A stretch of 64,000 bases of DNA from Takakia lepidozioides (lineage: Eukaryota; Plantae; Bryophyta): the NCBI GenBank assembly GCA_030704615.1, contig CM060734.1, positions 58,714,001 to 58,778,000 on the forward strand. Reading direction: 5' to 3'. Positions 47,410 through 60,500 of the stretch are shown piece after piece. The notes beneath the pieces were generated by a model. It worked only from the letters and a program-made list of their open reading frames with translations, was not told the origin of the DNA and did no database searches. The stretch's first letter is position 1. The number at the start of each line of letters is the position of its first letter. Made by a program: the position numbers and the translations under genes.

Positions 47410-47923
47410 ATGTGGCATTGGAGGGTGACTGAGAATGCCTTCATTGCAACCAACTTGTCCCATATGTTCTTCCGAATGAAGGATGTCGGGAAGCACGGAG
47501 TGCAAGAGTTTGCCAATTTGCTCAGTGCCGACCTCCTGCGCAAGTCGGAGGCAAAGGCAAACAGAACCTGGTATAGGCTGAGCATGGACGCCATGGTGGA
47601 CTACATATTTCGGGTAAAGCTCCTAACTGTTTTGTTCAGCTAATCTGTCTCTCCTCCCCCAATAGAAAAAAAAGTATTGACCGGGATTTCTAATCTTATG
47701 TGCGCTTTCTTGACAGACGAAAATTCAGCAGGATTTGGCACATGCGCGGAGGTTCTACATGGAGTCAGAGGAGAATAAACTAACCCTCCCGACACTAGAA
47801 TCATATCTCAAAGCTACGGAGGCGAAGGCCCGCATAAAGTACAAGTCGCGGATGGTAAAGTACGTGGCCATAGCTGATTTGAAAACAGCACGAGTGGCTA
47901 GAGTTTTGCAAAAAAAATTGTAA
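47410..47923 (+). CDS. Hypothetical 136-aa basic protein, two exons (47410-47613, 47717-47923)
   Basis: A phase-0 GT-AG intron joins two ORFs in frame; no recognisable family. Confidence 0.45.
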
Positions 47924-50361
47924 GAGCGTTAAGTAGATTTGTCTAGGGAAGGGTATCTTGTTGGAACAAACCTTATCACACTAGACCATCAATTGCGTGA
48001 TTGGCCCGGCCCCAATTTGGTACTAGAAGTGGTTTGAGTATCTTGTGAACATACTTTGGCACAAAATTTACTATCGTATGGGAGAATGTGAACAATGAGG
48101 TAAAGCTTCAACTCAAACATATAGGTATTCCAATCCACTTACGGGTTCTCTACTGACACCTGCAAAGTGGCACATGCAAATATAACCTATACTTATATGA
48201 CTATATAAGAACAGTTCAAAGGAAGATACCTTATTGCTAGCATGTACGTAAAAGTGTAATCTCGTGATATGCATATTGCTTGATGAGTTGTCTTTCCATG
48301 ATCATGTTTATGCTCATATTTGTCCTCCCATGATGACTCTATTTGTAGGGAGGCTCTCTTACTTGAAAATTTGGTATTTGAGGTGGTCTCAGCGATATCT
48401 ACCAAGATGGAAGTGAAAGCCACATCTTACAAGAATTTGAGAGAGCAGCTCCCCTTGAAGATATTCTTGATCGAGCCAAATGACCCATCTTGGAGCCCAT
48501 TACTGAGAGATCAATAACGTCAAATCTTAGAGCATAGAGTCCACGAATTAACACATGCATAACGTTAACATTGGCATGTTTACCTTACAACTTTTCCAAT
48601 GCAGGTCTTACAAATAGACAATATTTAAAATCCATATTTGTTCTTTCTCTTGTTCACTAGTAGCCTATAAAGAGTAGATTCACGCACACGCACACATAAT
48701 GCATGTTCACCATCTATTCTCTATTTTGGTATTAAATTGCTTTGAATCTTAAGACTTTTTAGAGCTACGGTGGATTTTGAGATCTTAAAACTTGACAAGA
48801 GTACAAATATGAGTGTGGAGCATTCTTGCAAATCCTAACACATAGCAAAGATCCAATAATGTAGGTATCTATTTTTTTTCCATATCCAAGAAATTAGTTA
48901 CAAGTTAATATTGTTAGGACTTTTGTTGTGTGAACACTATGAAACAAATACTTTATTTATGTACAATCATTTGACCTCATCATACAATGAATTACTCGTC
49001 TATCCTTTGCAGCGCACCACAATATAAAGGTTAGTTGAGTGGACAGAAGAACCGATTCTTACGGAATCATGTTGTTGGGAGTCAAGGAGCCCTTAGACAA
49101 AAAAGATTGGTCATTCATCCCATGATATGTATTTGGATCTAAGGAGCAAAGTTAGATTTAACCTATATATGAAAATAAATTATATAAGAACCCTCATATC
49201 GCATATGGACCAAGAGGATCTTTGGGAAGGTTCACATTTTACAGGGGTAACAATGACTTTTGTGGCTTGCTCGCATCAATCCAACAAAGTACAATATTGA
49301 CCATTTTGTACAAGCGACAAAAAGATTTCAAATTATTTGAACTCATATACCTAGAGTTAGTCTTCATATTCAGGCTACATCATTGCAGATTGGGTGTACT
49401 GGTGGAAGTGCATAGCTTATTGGGACGACGTGATGTATTCAACCTTGATTTGGGAATTGCTATCACAAATGTCAAACGTGATGTGGAGTTTCATGGACAC
49501 AAGTTCCAAGGTCCACCTTACTTGCATTGTTAGTCATAATGTGTTTATTATATGGATGTTGAAAGTCTCTCTAGACACTCCAACTGGTGGCAATGTAAGC
49601 CTTCAACATTTGGTGCACTTCTATCGAAAGCTGCATCTGCATCAACACATCCCCAACCTTCCTCTATGCACTATTATTTTAATTTCACACTCACCCTCCT
49701 GATTCGTGATTATGATCACAAGAGTGAAACGTTCACGTTTGTGGCGGCGGATGGGCTATTGCAACGTCGTCAAAACCGGACACGATCCCCTACACAACGT
49801 CTGGTTGGCCGACGCCTGGGAATATTCCCAGTTTCCGCACGACCCCGCCAGATATGATCACCTGATCGTGGCATGGTTCAAACTATGTGAATGGGTCGAG
49901 AAGATGCCCAATCTATCTCAGGTTGTACGTACTTCACCCCTTCCCACCTTTTTGCAAACAAATCAATTGGAATCAATTGTCACTAAATACAGTTCGTAAA
50001 CTCGACATGCACTTGTTAGAGAGGCTCCGGCGACGAACGACCTTCTCGGCGGAGACCCCATCACTGTGTGGAAGGGATGACGATGCGAGAACGACTGGCT
50101 GCAACGACATCCTACATCATTTATATTTTATTATTTTTAAAACAATTTCCATGAAATCGTTTACATTCATTTTTTTTTCCATCTCGTGAGAGGTGACAGA
50201 GGACTTGTCTATGGGCATGTCGAAACAAAATAAAAACCCAATGAGGAGGGATATTTCATTTTCAATGAAAACGATGAGCATTTCCCAAAATGTGTGGATA
50301 CTAACAATCATCTAATCATTTGTACATGTACACTCCCACACACAATCCATCTCATGCGAAC

Positions 50362-51030
50362 CTACCGTTGGTTTGATCTGTCAAACATTTGCATGTCACG
50401 ACTCCTAGACTCGCCGGGTGTGGAACGTTGATGCGACCGCGAATGTTCGCTCCCAGTCAGTTTCGAACGATCTATCTTCAGCTGGAGCTTTTCGTTCTCA
50501 GCTTGGACCTTATCCCTCTCTGCCCCGAGCGTCTTATTCTCAGCCACGGCCTCATCCCTCTGTACCCGGAGCCTCCCATTGTCAACCACGACCTTATCCT
50601 TCTCTACCCGAAGCTTATCCTTGTTCTTCAAGGCCGCATCCAATTTTTTTTCCGTATCATTGCACTTTTGTTGCATATCCTCGACCAACCTCCTCGACCG
50701 CTCTTCCTCAACCTCCCGCTTATCCTCAGCGACCTGGACGTGTTTGTCCAGTTCAACCACTGTTTTCTGCATCGTCGCCAGAATATTGTCGACAGATCGC
50801 TTGAACCAATTCGCCATTTCCAAACCACGCTCGGCGGATGCCAACGATTCTTTGGTCGATGACACCGCCCGCTCCGCGATCCGGGTTAGATCATAGGAGA
50901 CGATCACATCCAACCGAGCTCCAACCGGCCCCTGTGGCGATGCCATCACATCCAACTGAGTTCCAACCGGCCCATGCGGCGATGCCATCCCACCGACGAC
51001 ACCAGCGTCCGCCTGCCTGTCGATATCCAT
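50362..51030 (-). CDS. Hypothetical coiled-coil protein (222 aa), probably element-borne
   Basis: ATG-started ORF with a 14-aa N-terminal repeat (MASPxGPVGxxLDV) and a heptad/14-aa periodic coiled coil. Confidence 0.55.
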   Translation of the reverse strand: MDIDRQADAGVVGGMASPHGPVGTQLDVMASPQGPVGARLDVIVSYDLTRIAERAVSSTKESLASAERGLEMANWFKRSVDNILATMQKTVVELDKHVQVAEDKREVEEERSRRLVEDMQQKCNDTEKKLDAALKNKDKLRVEKDKVVVDNGRLRVQRDEAVAENKTLGAERDKVQAENEKLQLKIDRSKLTGSEHSRSHQRSTPGESRSRDMQMFDRSNQR

Positions 51031-51688
51031 GGCCGCCTCACTGTCAATGTCGTCGTAAGGGAGTTGTTTGCATGTATATCTCCATCAAGGATTAAAAAAA
51101 ACATTGTGCCCACTATTGTCATGTAATAATTAATAAATTATTCAAAGTGTAAAATTGCATATAACATTATGTATTTCTTTTGCATGTATGTTGCCGTCAT
51201 ATGCATGTAACCTAAAAGCAAAAAATTTACATTATTAATTTTATGCTTGATGCACCTATTAAGTGTGGGAATGGAAAGAATAACTTAACAGTATGATGTG
51301 CCTCCTTCATATGTGCAAAATCTTCCTTAGAATATATAAAATTCTTTCTAAGTCGTACATCCCCATTGATCAAAACTAGGGGATATACAATAAAAACTGA
51401 TTCCCCATGTATTCATTTAGTTTCAAGCTCATATAACATCGCATAATAAGTCAAATTATAAGGGTTGATTGCATCTTCAAAATCCCTCAAGGTGAGAGCC
51501 GCTTTAGATAGTACACCACGACCAAGAAACCTCCGGAACCAGTTCAAAGCATATTGGTCTTAAAATTAGTGATCCATATCTTGGTCATATCAAAATATTA
51601 ATATTAAAGGGGGGGATCAAAGTTGGTGTGCGGAAGGCTTGGGACCAAGACCCCCACCTTCATCTTTTCCTAACATATTGATTTTACA

Positions 51689-52609
51689 TCAATATATGAA
51701 GTTTGTTTGTTTGTTTGTTTGTTTGTAGCGTTGAGATCTCCCAAACTGCGGGCCTAGCCCTAGTGCTTGGTACTGTTGGAAAGCTCTCCATGAGGAGGGG
51801 TGCAGCAACTTGGTCTCATAATTTTTGCACCGAGGGTGTGGGAGATATGGAATTCAAGTACTTTTGGTCGCTGGAAATTCGTGAAAAATAGCAAAGTGGG
51901 TTTTCCTGGAACAATGATTGGATGTATTACTTAACTAAAATGGATGCAATTCATGCAAGCCCTGCCTTCTAGTAATTATGAATAGATAGTAAATATCTGG
52001 AAGATGACAAAGTGTTATTAATAAATATCATGATAACTAAATATCATGATAACATGATTTGAGCCCTGGTGGCACGCAAGGGAATATCCTCATTTATGGC
52101 ATGCACAAGAAGTTCAACTCCAGACCTAAAGGCCATGAAACTGTTCATCAAGGGGATGTCATTCATTAGAAATGATATTTTGGTGGCAACTGTCTCGATT
52201 GAATTGGAAGTGTAATCGAAAGTATCGGTGCTAAAGCAGCTGGACCCCTTGCGTAGTCCTGCCTAGCCAACATACAACTTCATTTTAGTATATCGATTTC
52301 AATTCTTCACACATGGGCCTCGACATAGGAGACACACTTTGATACATACCAGAGTGATTATTTTTTCCACCAATTCTAATATATTTCCAGTGCCTTATCC
52401 CATGTTCCATCAAAAAAAAGAAAAAAAAAAGAAAAGATACATGGGGGATTGCACTTGGACTTGGATGACTATGCACCCCCAACTCGTTTGGCCAGTTTGG
52501 GAAGGCCAGGCAACCCGACACTGTGGGAAGAGCCAATCAGTGGGGCCGTGGGAGGCTTGGAGAGGAGGAAAATGGCTTGACAGGTGCAGACATGCACATG
52601 CTACCCTAG
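51689..52609 (+). mobile_element. Non-autonomous Helitron-like element
   Basis: A|TC start, (GTTT)n near the 5' end, 3' hairpin caggtgca-gaca-tgcacatg then CTAG|T. The 5' end may extend to about 51620. Confidence 0.6.
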
Positions 52610-54063
52610 TGATCATTTAAAATAAAGTAAAATAAATGTCTCTATACTTGGTCGAGTGTCCAAGAATTGGTCCTCCAAACAACATGGGTTCTTTTCTTGG
52701 TCCATACACCAACAATCTCCCGCCATACTCAATTCCACATACATGCCGTATCATTCCTAATGGTCTTGGTCTTAGTCCATCGTCTAAAATGGCACGAGGA
52801 TGAACAATCTCTGTTAGAGCTATGGTTTACGTAATAGCATCCATCCATCCACAAAAATGGCAAAAGACAATAAGCCCAAAGTACATATCCTCTCCATTAG
52901 GCTCAGTTCCTAGTGGCCATATTGGATCATAACGCTCTTGAAAACTGTTAAACCACTTGTAAGAGTCCCACATTTGTCGCAGTCGTGTAACTAGAGAAAG
53001 AATGGCAGAATCTACAAGAAGCCCAAAGAATCACTGGAATAGAGTAGCAAAATATCACCCAATAGATATTTTGGGTTTACTAGGTATCGATCTGGGTGGT
53101 TTCCATTTTCTCATCCCAGAAAGAAAGAGAGGGAGAGATGCACTTTGTGTTGCGGCCTAGCTTAGTGGGGGCCTAGTGGTTCATGTCCTGGAGATGGTAT
53201 ACAAGAAAAGTGGGAAAGGGGCTCCCTGCACAAGATGTTCTGTCCAATGCTTCATTCTGTTTTAAAGAAACTTTAGCTCTTTATCTGTTTCTTACATTCA
53301 CCCTAGATTGAGTTCAAGAGAGACGGAGAAGAGACGAAGTTCCAAATGGATTGGTAAAGGGGCGACAAGACACAGTGATGCATGAAAAGATAAAGATAAA
53401 GTTTCTTTAACGTCCAGTGAATTTACAGAGCCTACTGCTCAACACACAGGTCATCAAGGGCCCAATGGACTGACTGAGAAAGAAAGAAAGAAAGATGAAA
53501 GAAGAGTTGCATAAAGTTAATGTTTGAAGTATGTTTGACTAGAGAGAAAGAGGAAACGAGATCTCGAGATTACCTTCATCTCTATCACAATTATGTCGAA
53601 GTCTATTCCATGACCACTCTTGAAAAGACTAGCGGAAAGGTTTCCAGCCTGCTCACCATCCTGACAATATAGTGGCCAGACTTGTTACCTATTCTTGTCT
53701 TGCGGATGACCAATACAACCACATGATGGGTATACCAGCAAAACTTTGGCAAAGCAAACTTAGGCCTCTGTAAGTCTAGCCCGCTTCACGTTTGCATCCC
53801 ATTTGTGTGTTTGAAGACAAAATCAACTTGACTGAAACACCAAAATCCTTATGTACAGTATTACATGCAATAGATGATCACCCTTCTCCGGTGTACTTCT
53901 TTGGACACTACACATGCTAATGCATAAATCCACCTTCTGTAGCCTGCAAACGGCTAATTTTGTCAACCCAACTGCTGATGATTCTTCAACGCTTGTACAC
54001 TTGTATGCAGATAGAATTTGTTGCAGGCCATTGGCAGTACCTGATCCTCACACCCCCTATGAT

Positions 54064-54855
54064 CTAAGTGACCACTCGCCTCTTATGTGCCATGGAAAAT
54101 GAAGGGCCTGTTCGTCCATTTACAGTTGCATCATAAGCTCCAGGCCCAGGGTTTAAATCCTTCTCTAGTTTGTTTTTGGATCCTCTTGAAGTGATACTAA
54201 ATGCTGGACCCGAGTTTCTGTTGACATCTGTATTGTATGCCCCTGGCCCGGGTGTTCTTTCCACATGACTACTGGATCGGGCCCCAAAACTGAAGGAAGG
54301 CGCAGTCGTCATATTAGACCGCCCGTAAGTTGATCCTACCCCTGTATTTGTGCTTTCTGCAGGCCTTGAGCTTATGCTGTAAGAGGGACCACCTTTCCGG
54401 TTTCTATTGATGTCGTAGGCTCCGGGACCTGGGCTGTGGGTGGTGTAGTTGGAGATGGCACGCCCCCCCAAAGAGTAAGACGGTGCAGCTGTTTTGGTGA
54501 ACCAAGTGTTATCAGTATTGTAAGATCCAGGGCCGGGCACATCGGAGCCAGCTGTAGTCTTCAATGACTCTCGAGTGCCCAAAGAGAAGGAAGGGCCCCG
54601 CTTAGTATCACAGACATCATATGACCCTGGACCTCTCTCCCAACTGTCCTGGCTCTTCGGCTTTGTCCTACGACCCATAGAATAGGCAGGTGCAGATGGA
54701 GAAATACTCGCAGGATTATATGACCCTGGACCTCGGCGATGGTCACCGGCCTTCCACTTGTTGCGAAGGCCCATTGTATAAGCGGGTCCTGCTGTCCCGA
54801 CTGGCTTTCGGTCTATACTGTATGTTCCCAGTATTTCAGTCGAGTCGTCTGTCAT
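54064..54855 (-). CDS. ODF3/SHIPPO-type sperm-tail PG-rich repeat protein
   Basis: Repeated P(A/S)(Y/F)S…PGPG(A/S)Y units. Confidence 0.9.
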   Translation of the reverse strand: MTDDSTEILGTYSIDRKPVGTAGPAYTMGLRNKWKAGDHRRGPGSYNPASISPSAPAYSMGRRTKPKSQDSWERGPGSYDVCDTKRGPSFSLGTRESLKTTAGSDVPGPGSYNTDNTWFTKTAAPSYSLGGRAISNYTTHSPGPGAYDINRNRKGGPSYSISSRPAESTNTGVGSTYGRSNMTTAPSFSFGARSSSHVERTPGPGAYNTDVNRNSGPAFSITSRGSKNKLEKDLNPGPGAYDATVNGRTGPSFSMAHKRRVVT

Positions 54856-56521
54856 GGGGATCTTCTATCGAGCGGGATGGAGACTGGATCAGCGGGCAAA
54901 GCGGCAATGTTTCACTCTTGGGCAATCCGGAATAAAGGCAGAGTATGCTCTAGACAGAACTACAGAGCACCGCTTCTACTCTCGCGACGTTTGCCCTTAC
55001 ACGGATTCAAGTAGATGCATCTCGCAGCACTTCACATCAAGCTGAGAAGTCGTTGACCAGATTTCGGAAAATATGTAAACTTTGTAAACCTTCATAACAA
55101 GACTCCTTTTCGTAGACGGAATCTACTGGAAAGAGAACATTTGAAATGAAAACAAGTAGTACTTTATAAGAAGACGTTGACATGATCTACTACACCCCAA
55201 AGAGCTATGGGACAAATTTAACAAAAGGAGAACAAGCAGAAGACCAGGCAAAAGTGCTGCTGCTCTTGGGAAGAAGAACTAAGAGAAGAGGTAACACAGT
55301 GCTGCGTTGTGATTAGAGGAGAAATGGGTGGCAGTTAAAGTCAGCTGAACTATGTAGGGGAACTGTGACGGTTGAGCACCCATTTATATCTCTAGGTATA
55401 CTCGGCAAATCGCCCAGAGGTTAGGGCACAGTGGCGACACTTTGGTGGTCGCAGGTTCAGATCCAAAGGCATTCATGCTGCAGGAGCGACGCAGGATACA
55501 AGGTGGAGTCATCCTAGACTAACCGCCATGCTGGCCCCTGCAGTCTCTCTCGCTCCTTTTCTACTCCTTTCTTGAACCCATTCCAAATTTCGGTCAGTTC
55601 TGAGTCCCAACAGCAACAGGCTGTAACCTTGTAACATCACTTGTACTTCCGTCAAGCTCCTTTAAGTCCATGAGAGATTGGCAACGAATCAGCAAAGCTC
55701 CTTTGAATATGACAGAGAGCCGAGCCATTGTGGTTCTGTGCGAGTTCGCGGGACACTTCACTTTTCGTACCAAGAGACACATTGGAGGGTTATGAATTGA
55801 GGACCTATGCAGTTAGAAACTATGAGGATTCTCAATGCATTTGAGAGATGGGTTCCCAAGTTTGTGAAGGACCCAAGCTTTATCTCTTCGTGAGGGTTTT
55901 ACGCTGGTGTTATTCAGAAGCCCTTCATAAAGGGGTCCTCACTGTTGACCAAATATACGTTGGCCTGCGATGACAATTTGGAAGCAACATTGCTAGCACT
56001 ACTTTCGCCTGTTCGCCCTCCTTGGTCGTCTTCCCCCAAAGGAAAGCCATGCACAATGCTTCAACGATATAGCGCCAGAAATTATCTGCATGAGAAAGGG
56101 CAAGGCGCACTATGGGAAGTACAAACTCTCGCAGTCATTGTTACTGCTTCTGCTGCGCAGCGCCTGAAAGCCCACCTCGCTATCATCGGCTACGTAGCCA
56201 CTCGGACATCAAACCGAGCTGGGCTGTGCAGGTATTACCAGCTACCAATGTACTCCTCTGTCTCCATCATTCGTTACTTTTATCTTCCTTCGATGATTAA
56301 GTTACAGAGAAATTCTATATGAGTTTGTGAAGTCAGGTTCCAGATTACGTGACTCTTGGCTTTGTGCCACTGTGTTTGAAGGACAAGGAGGAAAACTTAG
56401 ACCGTTTAGAGGGTGCGCCGAGGACCTATGACGAAGTATTACATCAAAGAAAGGCAGGGCAGACAATTACCATTTTGTGGTCACGACCCTGGGACTGCTT
56501 TGGGCAGAGGGGCGGATTAGA

Positions 56522-57240
56522 TTGTACTCATAAGACGTTGTTTGCCGTAGCCTTGTGGCCATTGACCCCGCGCCCAGTTTGAGCGGAAACAAAAGGGACA
56601 GAACCTACCTCTGTCAGGGGCTGACGTTGGTAGTAAGACTTACCTTCATATATAGAATTAATCCGGGTTTTCCAGATATCCTCTAGAAATCCCTTCACAC
56701 AAGCATCAATCTGCTGTGTGTGATTTGCCCAATAACTAGGCCTCAGGAGGGCCTGGGCTTTTGGCTCAGCCTCGAGACTTTCAAAGTTGGTCAACAGAGG
56801 TACAGGCACAATTCCCTTGATAGATTTGAAGAGAGCGTCTCTTTGGTGAGAGAACCCCGGACAGTGTATCAGAAAATGAGTACTGTCTTCAGATTGCCCA
56901 CACAATGGGCAATTGCACTCTCCCTTTCCTCTCTGCTTCTGTTTGCTGTTCAAAGGTAGGCTTCCTGCCCTGAGTTTAAATTTCAGTCTAGTGCCGAGAG
57001 TGGGTAGACCCTTGAGGTCATCCAAGATGTCCTCCCCCATGTCACAGACTGGAAACAAGTTCAGGGAAGTTTTCTGCCTAACTTCATTTTCATCAGACAA
57101 TCTCATGGCAACAGACATGGCTTTGGACACTACAGCCTCTAAGTCAGATTTATCCAGCAGGGTCAAGACTTGCGGTTCCAGGTCCAGGTCCTTGAGAATC
57201 TCTTCTACTCTCCTCTGCCAGGACAGCCTGTTTGACAGGG
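56522..57240 (-). mobile_element. 5'-truncated LINE family A with intact 3' end
   Basis: RLKFKLRAGSLPL..CPLC..EDSTHFLIHCP zinc knuckle; 12-bp TSD gggcggattaga at 56510-56521 and 57238-57249. Confidence 0.92.
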
Positions 57241-57545
57241 CGGATTAGACAAGCATAAAGAGGAAACAGCGAGGAAATTTACAAGAGAAAGAAAGTCCAA
57301 GGAAAGTAGAGTTATTAGTCCACGAGATGCCACAGGGCCTACGTTGGAGTGCCTCATACAGACAAGCTGCTAAAGTACTTCCGACATAGAGAAAGAATGT
57401 TTTTTGACATGCACAGTAGGCCTGATGGCCAGATTAACAATTAGAGAAGGGGGAACACAGGGAGAGGCTAGTTAGTTCATGGTGGAGGAACTCAATGATC
57501 TAACTCCCAGCAATTGTGCTTGACTTGGGACTCATTCATGGCAGG

Positions 57546-60500
57546 ATTTCTCAAAATACACTAAGAAGACATGCAGACATTACATCAAAGATTCTTTGCA
57601 GTGCAAATTTGAATCCATAGGCTCTTTGGTGGGATGCCGCTGCGAAGACTACCTGCAACAAAAAGGGAGTGGCGCTTTCACTGGTCTCCACTGCAATTGG
57701 GTCACTCCTCACATTCTGGCCTCGGCGCGGCCATCGGATCAGCTCATTGATGAGCACCAGATTATTTCTCAGGTCAGCTCCAACTCTCTCGTGTCTCTCC
57801 CTGTAACGGATCTATTCTTGCCAGAATTCTTCCCTTTGACAGTAATTTGCTCAAGGATGGCCATCCAACCCTGGCTTTGCTGGTATGTCATAGTTTTATA
57901 GGGGTGTGATGGAAGAAAAAGGTGAGGTGCTCCACTGGAGTACTTTGGCCTTTTTATTTCACAGATGGAAATGAGGGACATTCACCTCAATATGTTTGGC
58001 CAGTCAAGCTTTAAGTTGACTTCACCTGGAGTCCTCTCTCTCTCTCCCTCTCAGCCAGTCAAGCAAAAGTTATAGGATTACTGCAGTGAAGATGAAAGTG
58101 ACAGCCTAATTAGTCATGAGAAAGCTCCACTAGAGACTTACCGATAGAATGAAGCTCTCTATTTTTATTAAGTGGAGCAATGATTATGCTGTTGAAAGTA
58201 ATATAGTTGTCTGTGCAGTTCAAGCGATCTAGAATAGGGTCCATCTTCAATTTGCAAGAACCAGGAGAGCATGCAATGTGTGGCTCAGGTCTCAAGTTGA
58301 ACAGTGGCTTTTCATACACTCCTGAGACCTTCATGAAAAACAACAGTAAGTCCTCTCTCTTTCCGCTCAGCTCAGACTGATACATGGCCAGGAACTGATG
58401 AGCATGTCCTTTAAGTATGGACCATAAGCTCTACTTTGGGCTGTCATGCTGTTCTCTTGTGAATTGGTACATCCTTTAAAGTATTTTAGAACTCTTTTGA
58501 GCAGAGACAGCCAAGCATGATGCAGTATACCAGCACACAGTATAGAAGAGGATGAGTTAATTACGTATACTAGGGAAAAGAAACTTGATAACGTCCATGG
58601 GAAGCTCAAAGAGTTTATGGGAACTTGATAACATGCATAGGAGGCTGAAAGATCTTATGAAACAGGAAGAAAGGAACAAACTTCATAATGTCCAGGGAAA
58701 GCACATATTAGTTTCATCCAAAGAGAACAAAGAGCGGAGATCTACAACATCCACACAGGTTAAAGAATTTATGGAGCAGTAATGCATACGAAACAAAAAC
58801 ATCTTAGCATGCTTGGTCTGGCTTGTGTCAGTAAAGATGTTTTGGTGAGGTTAATACTTGATGCCAAAGTGTGAAAATACAGGGAGGGAAGGTGGGTGCA
58901 GTCTTCCACTACAACTATCCATGGAGGGACATGCAGTGCCCCAGCTTGGAATATACGCTCGACATTATGCAAGTCATGGCATCCCGAATTTCACTAGGAG
59001 AGAAGGTGATCTTCAGCCCTGAAACTTGACACAAAGAACATGATTACAAAGAACACTTAGAAACACTTGTCTTTTCACTTTTAGTGAACTTCTGAAATCA
59101 AAGTAGGGTAAAGCTTCGGGCAGAAGTTCCTGAGTTGCTATGCCCTAGTACACATGGAAAACGGAGTTATTGACACCAAAGGGGCTTTGTGGGGGATGTG
59201 GGGGGTTCTGGTTGGGGTGGGTTTGACACAGGTTGCAGTGCACTGCCATTCAGGGCTGGGTGAGCATGCATCACATCTGCGCCTGTTACGACCACTGCCC
59301 ACCCCTCTCCATTTCTTCCCCAAGAGTTAATTGCTGAAAGAACATCCCAGAAAGGGCCATCGTGTTTTGCCCGAAATCTCTGTTACCTCCTCATCCACCT
59401 CCCAGGGCCTGTAGCCTTGTGATCCACATCTTGTTTTGAACATTTACAAAGAGATCATGCTGACGTCTATTCTAGTGTTGTGTCATTTTTATATACTGCT
59501 GCATGCAAATACCAATTCTTTTCTCTTGCTGCCAGGATCTGTAAGACCTTAACAGAGATGTCAATATTACGTTGAGCTTGTCAGAACTGATTGCAAATCT
59601 ATTGTGGTCAATGAACCACTTTGACTGCACAGGCCTATGTCGGAGATTCATTTCTTGCTGATGTTATACTGACTTATACCTTATGGGCCATGCTATCAGA
59701 AAAGGGGTGCTTGGATGGGCACAAGGAGGTAATGTAGAACAAGAAGGAAGGCTGATAGTCATGTAAATTAGCACTTGGAGCCTCACTTTGAAGCTTCACT
59801 TTTGAAGAGCGCTTCATATCTGCAATTATTGTTAATGTAAGGTGTTGTTTTTTATGTCCAGGGCGCACAGGGCTTGTCATTGCATGTTACTTTGTGTACA
59901 CAAATCAATTTCAACACTCCAAGGTAATCATTGTTATTTTTGTGTGAGGACCGGAACAGTGATGTACATGCACACTCGTACATACCGCACAACCTAGTCG
60001 AATTGCAGCAAAAACTGTGGAGACCTTTGAAACATGTATCCCAAAGATTGTCATTGCTTCACAATGATGGCTGTAGAATGAGGCAGATAGAGAAGGGGGA
60101 GGTGTTGGGGGTGTAGTGTGGAGGACACCAGAGTCAGTGGAGGTGAGCGGTTGCAATGATAGAGGTAATTTAAGACGGGCAAGACAGTGAGTCAGACCCA
60201 CATAAATGAGAAGCTCAGGAGCAAGAAATGAATGGTGGTGATTGATTGATGACAGGCTATTTGGGTTGGGGATGGCTGGCAGGCAGTGCAAGGTGTTCGC
60301 GACTGTAGGTAGGAAGAATACTGCTCCATTTGTATGCTGAAGTATATATTACACTGGTGTTGCCACTGATACCTTATTCCTGCTCTTTCATAAACATTGT
60401 GACTTCATGTCTTTGGGAAAAACATTTTTATCAGGCATGAGCAAAGAGTGGATTTGTCAACCATGATAAGTCAAAATTTACAAAATGTGCTCTAAACTTT

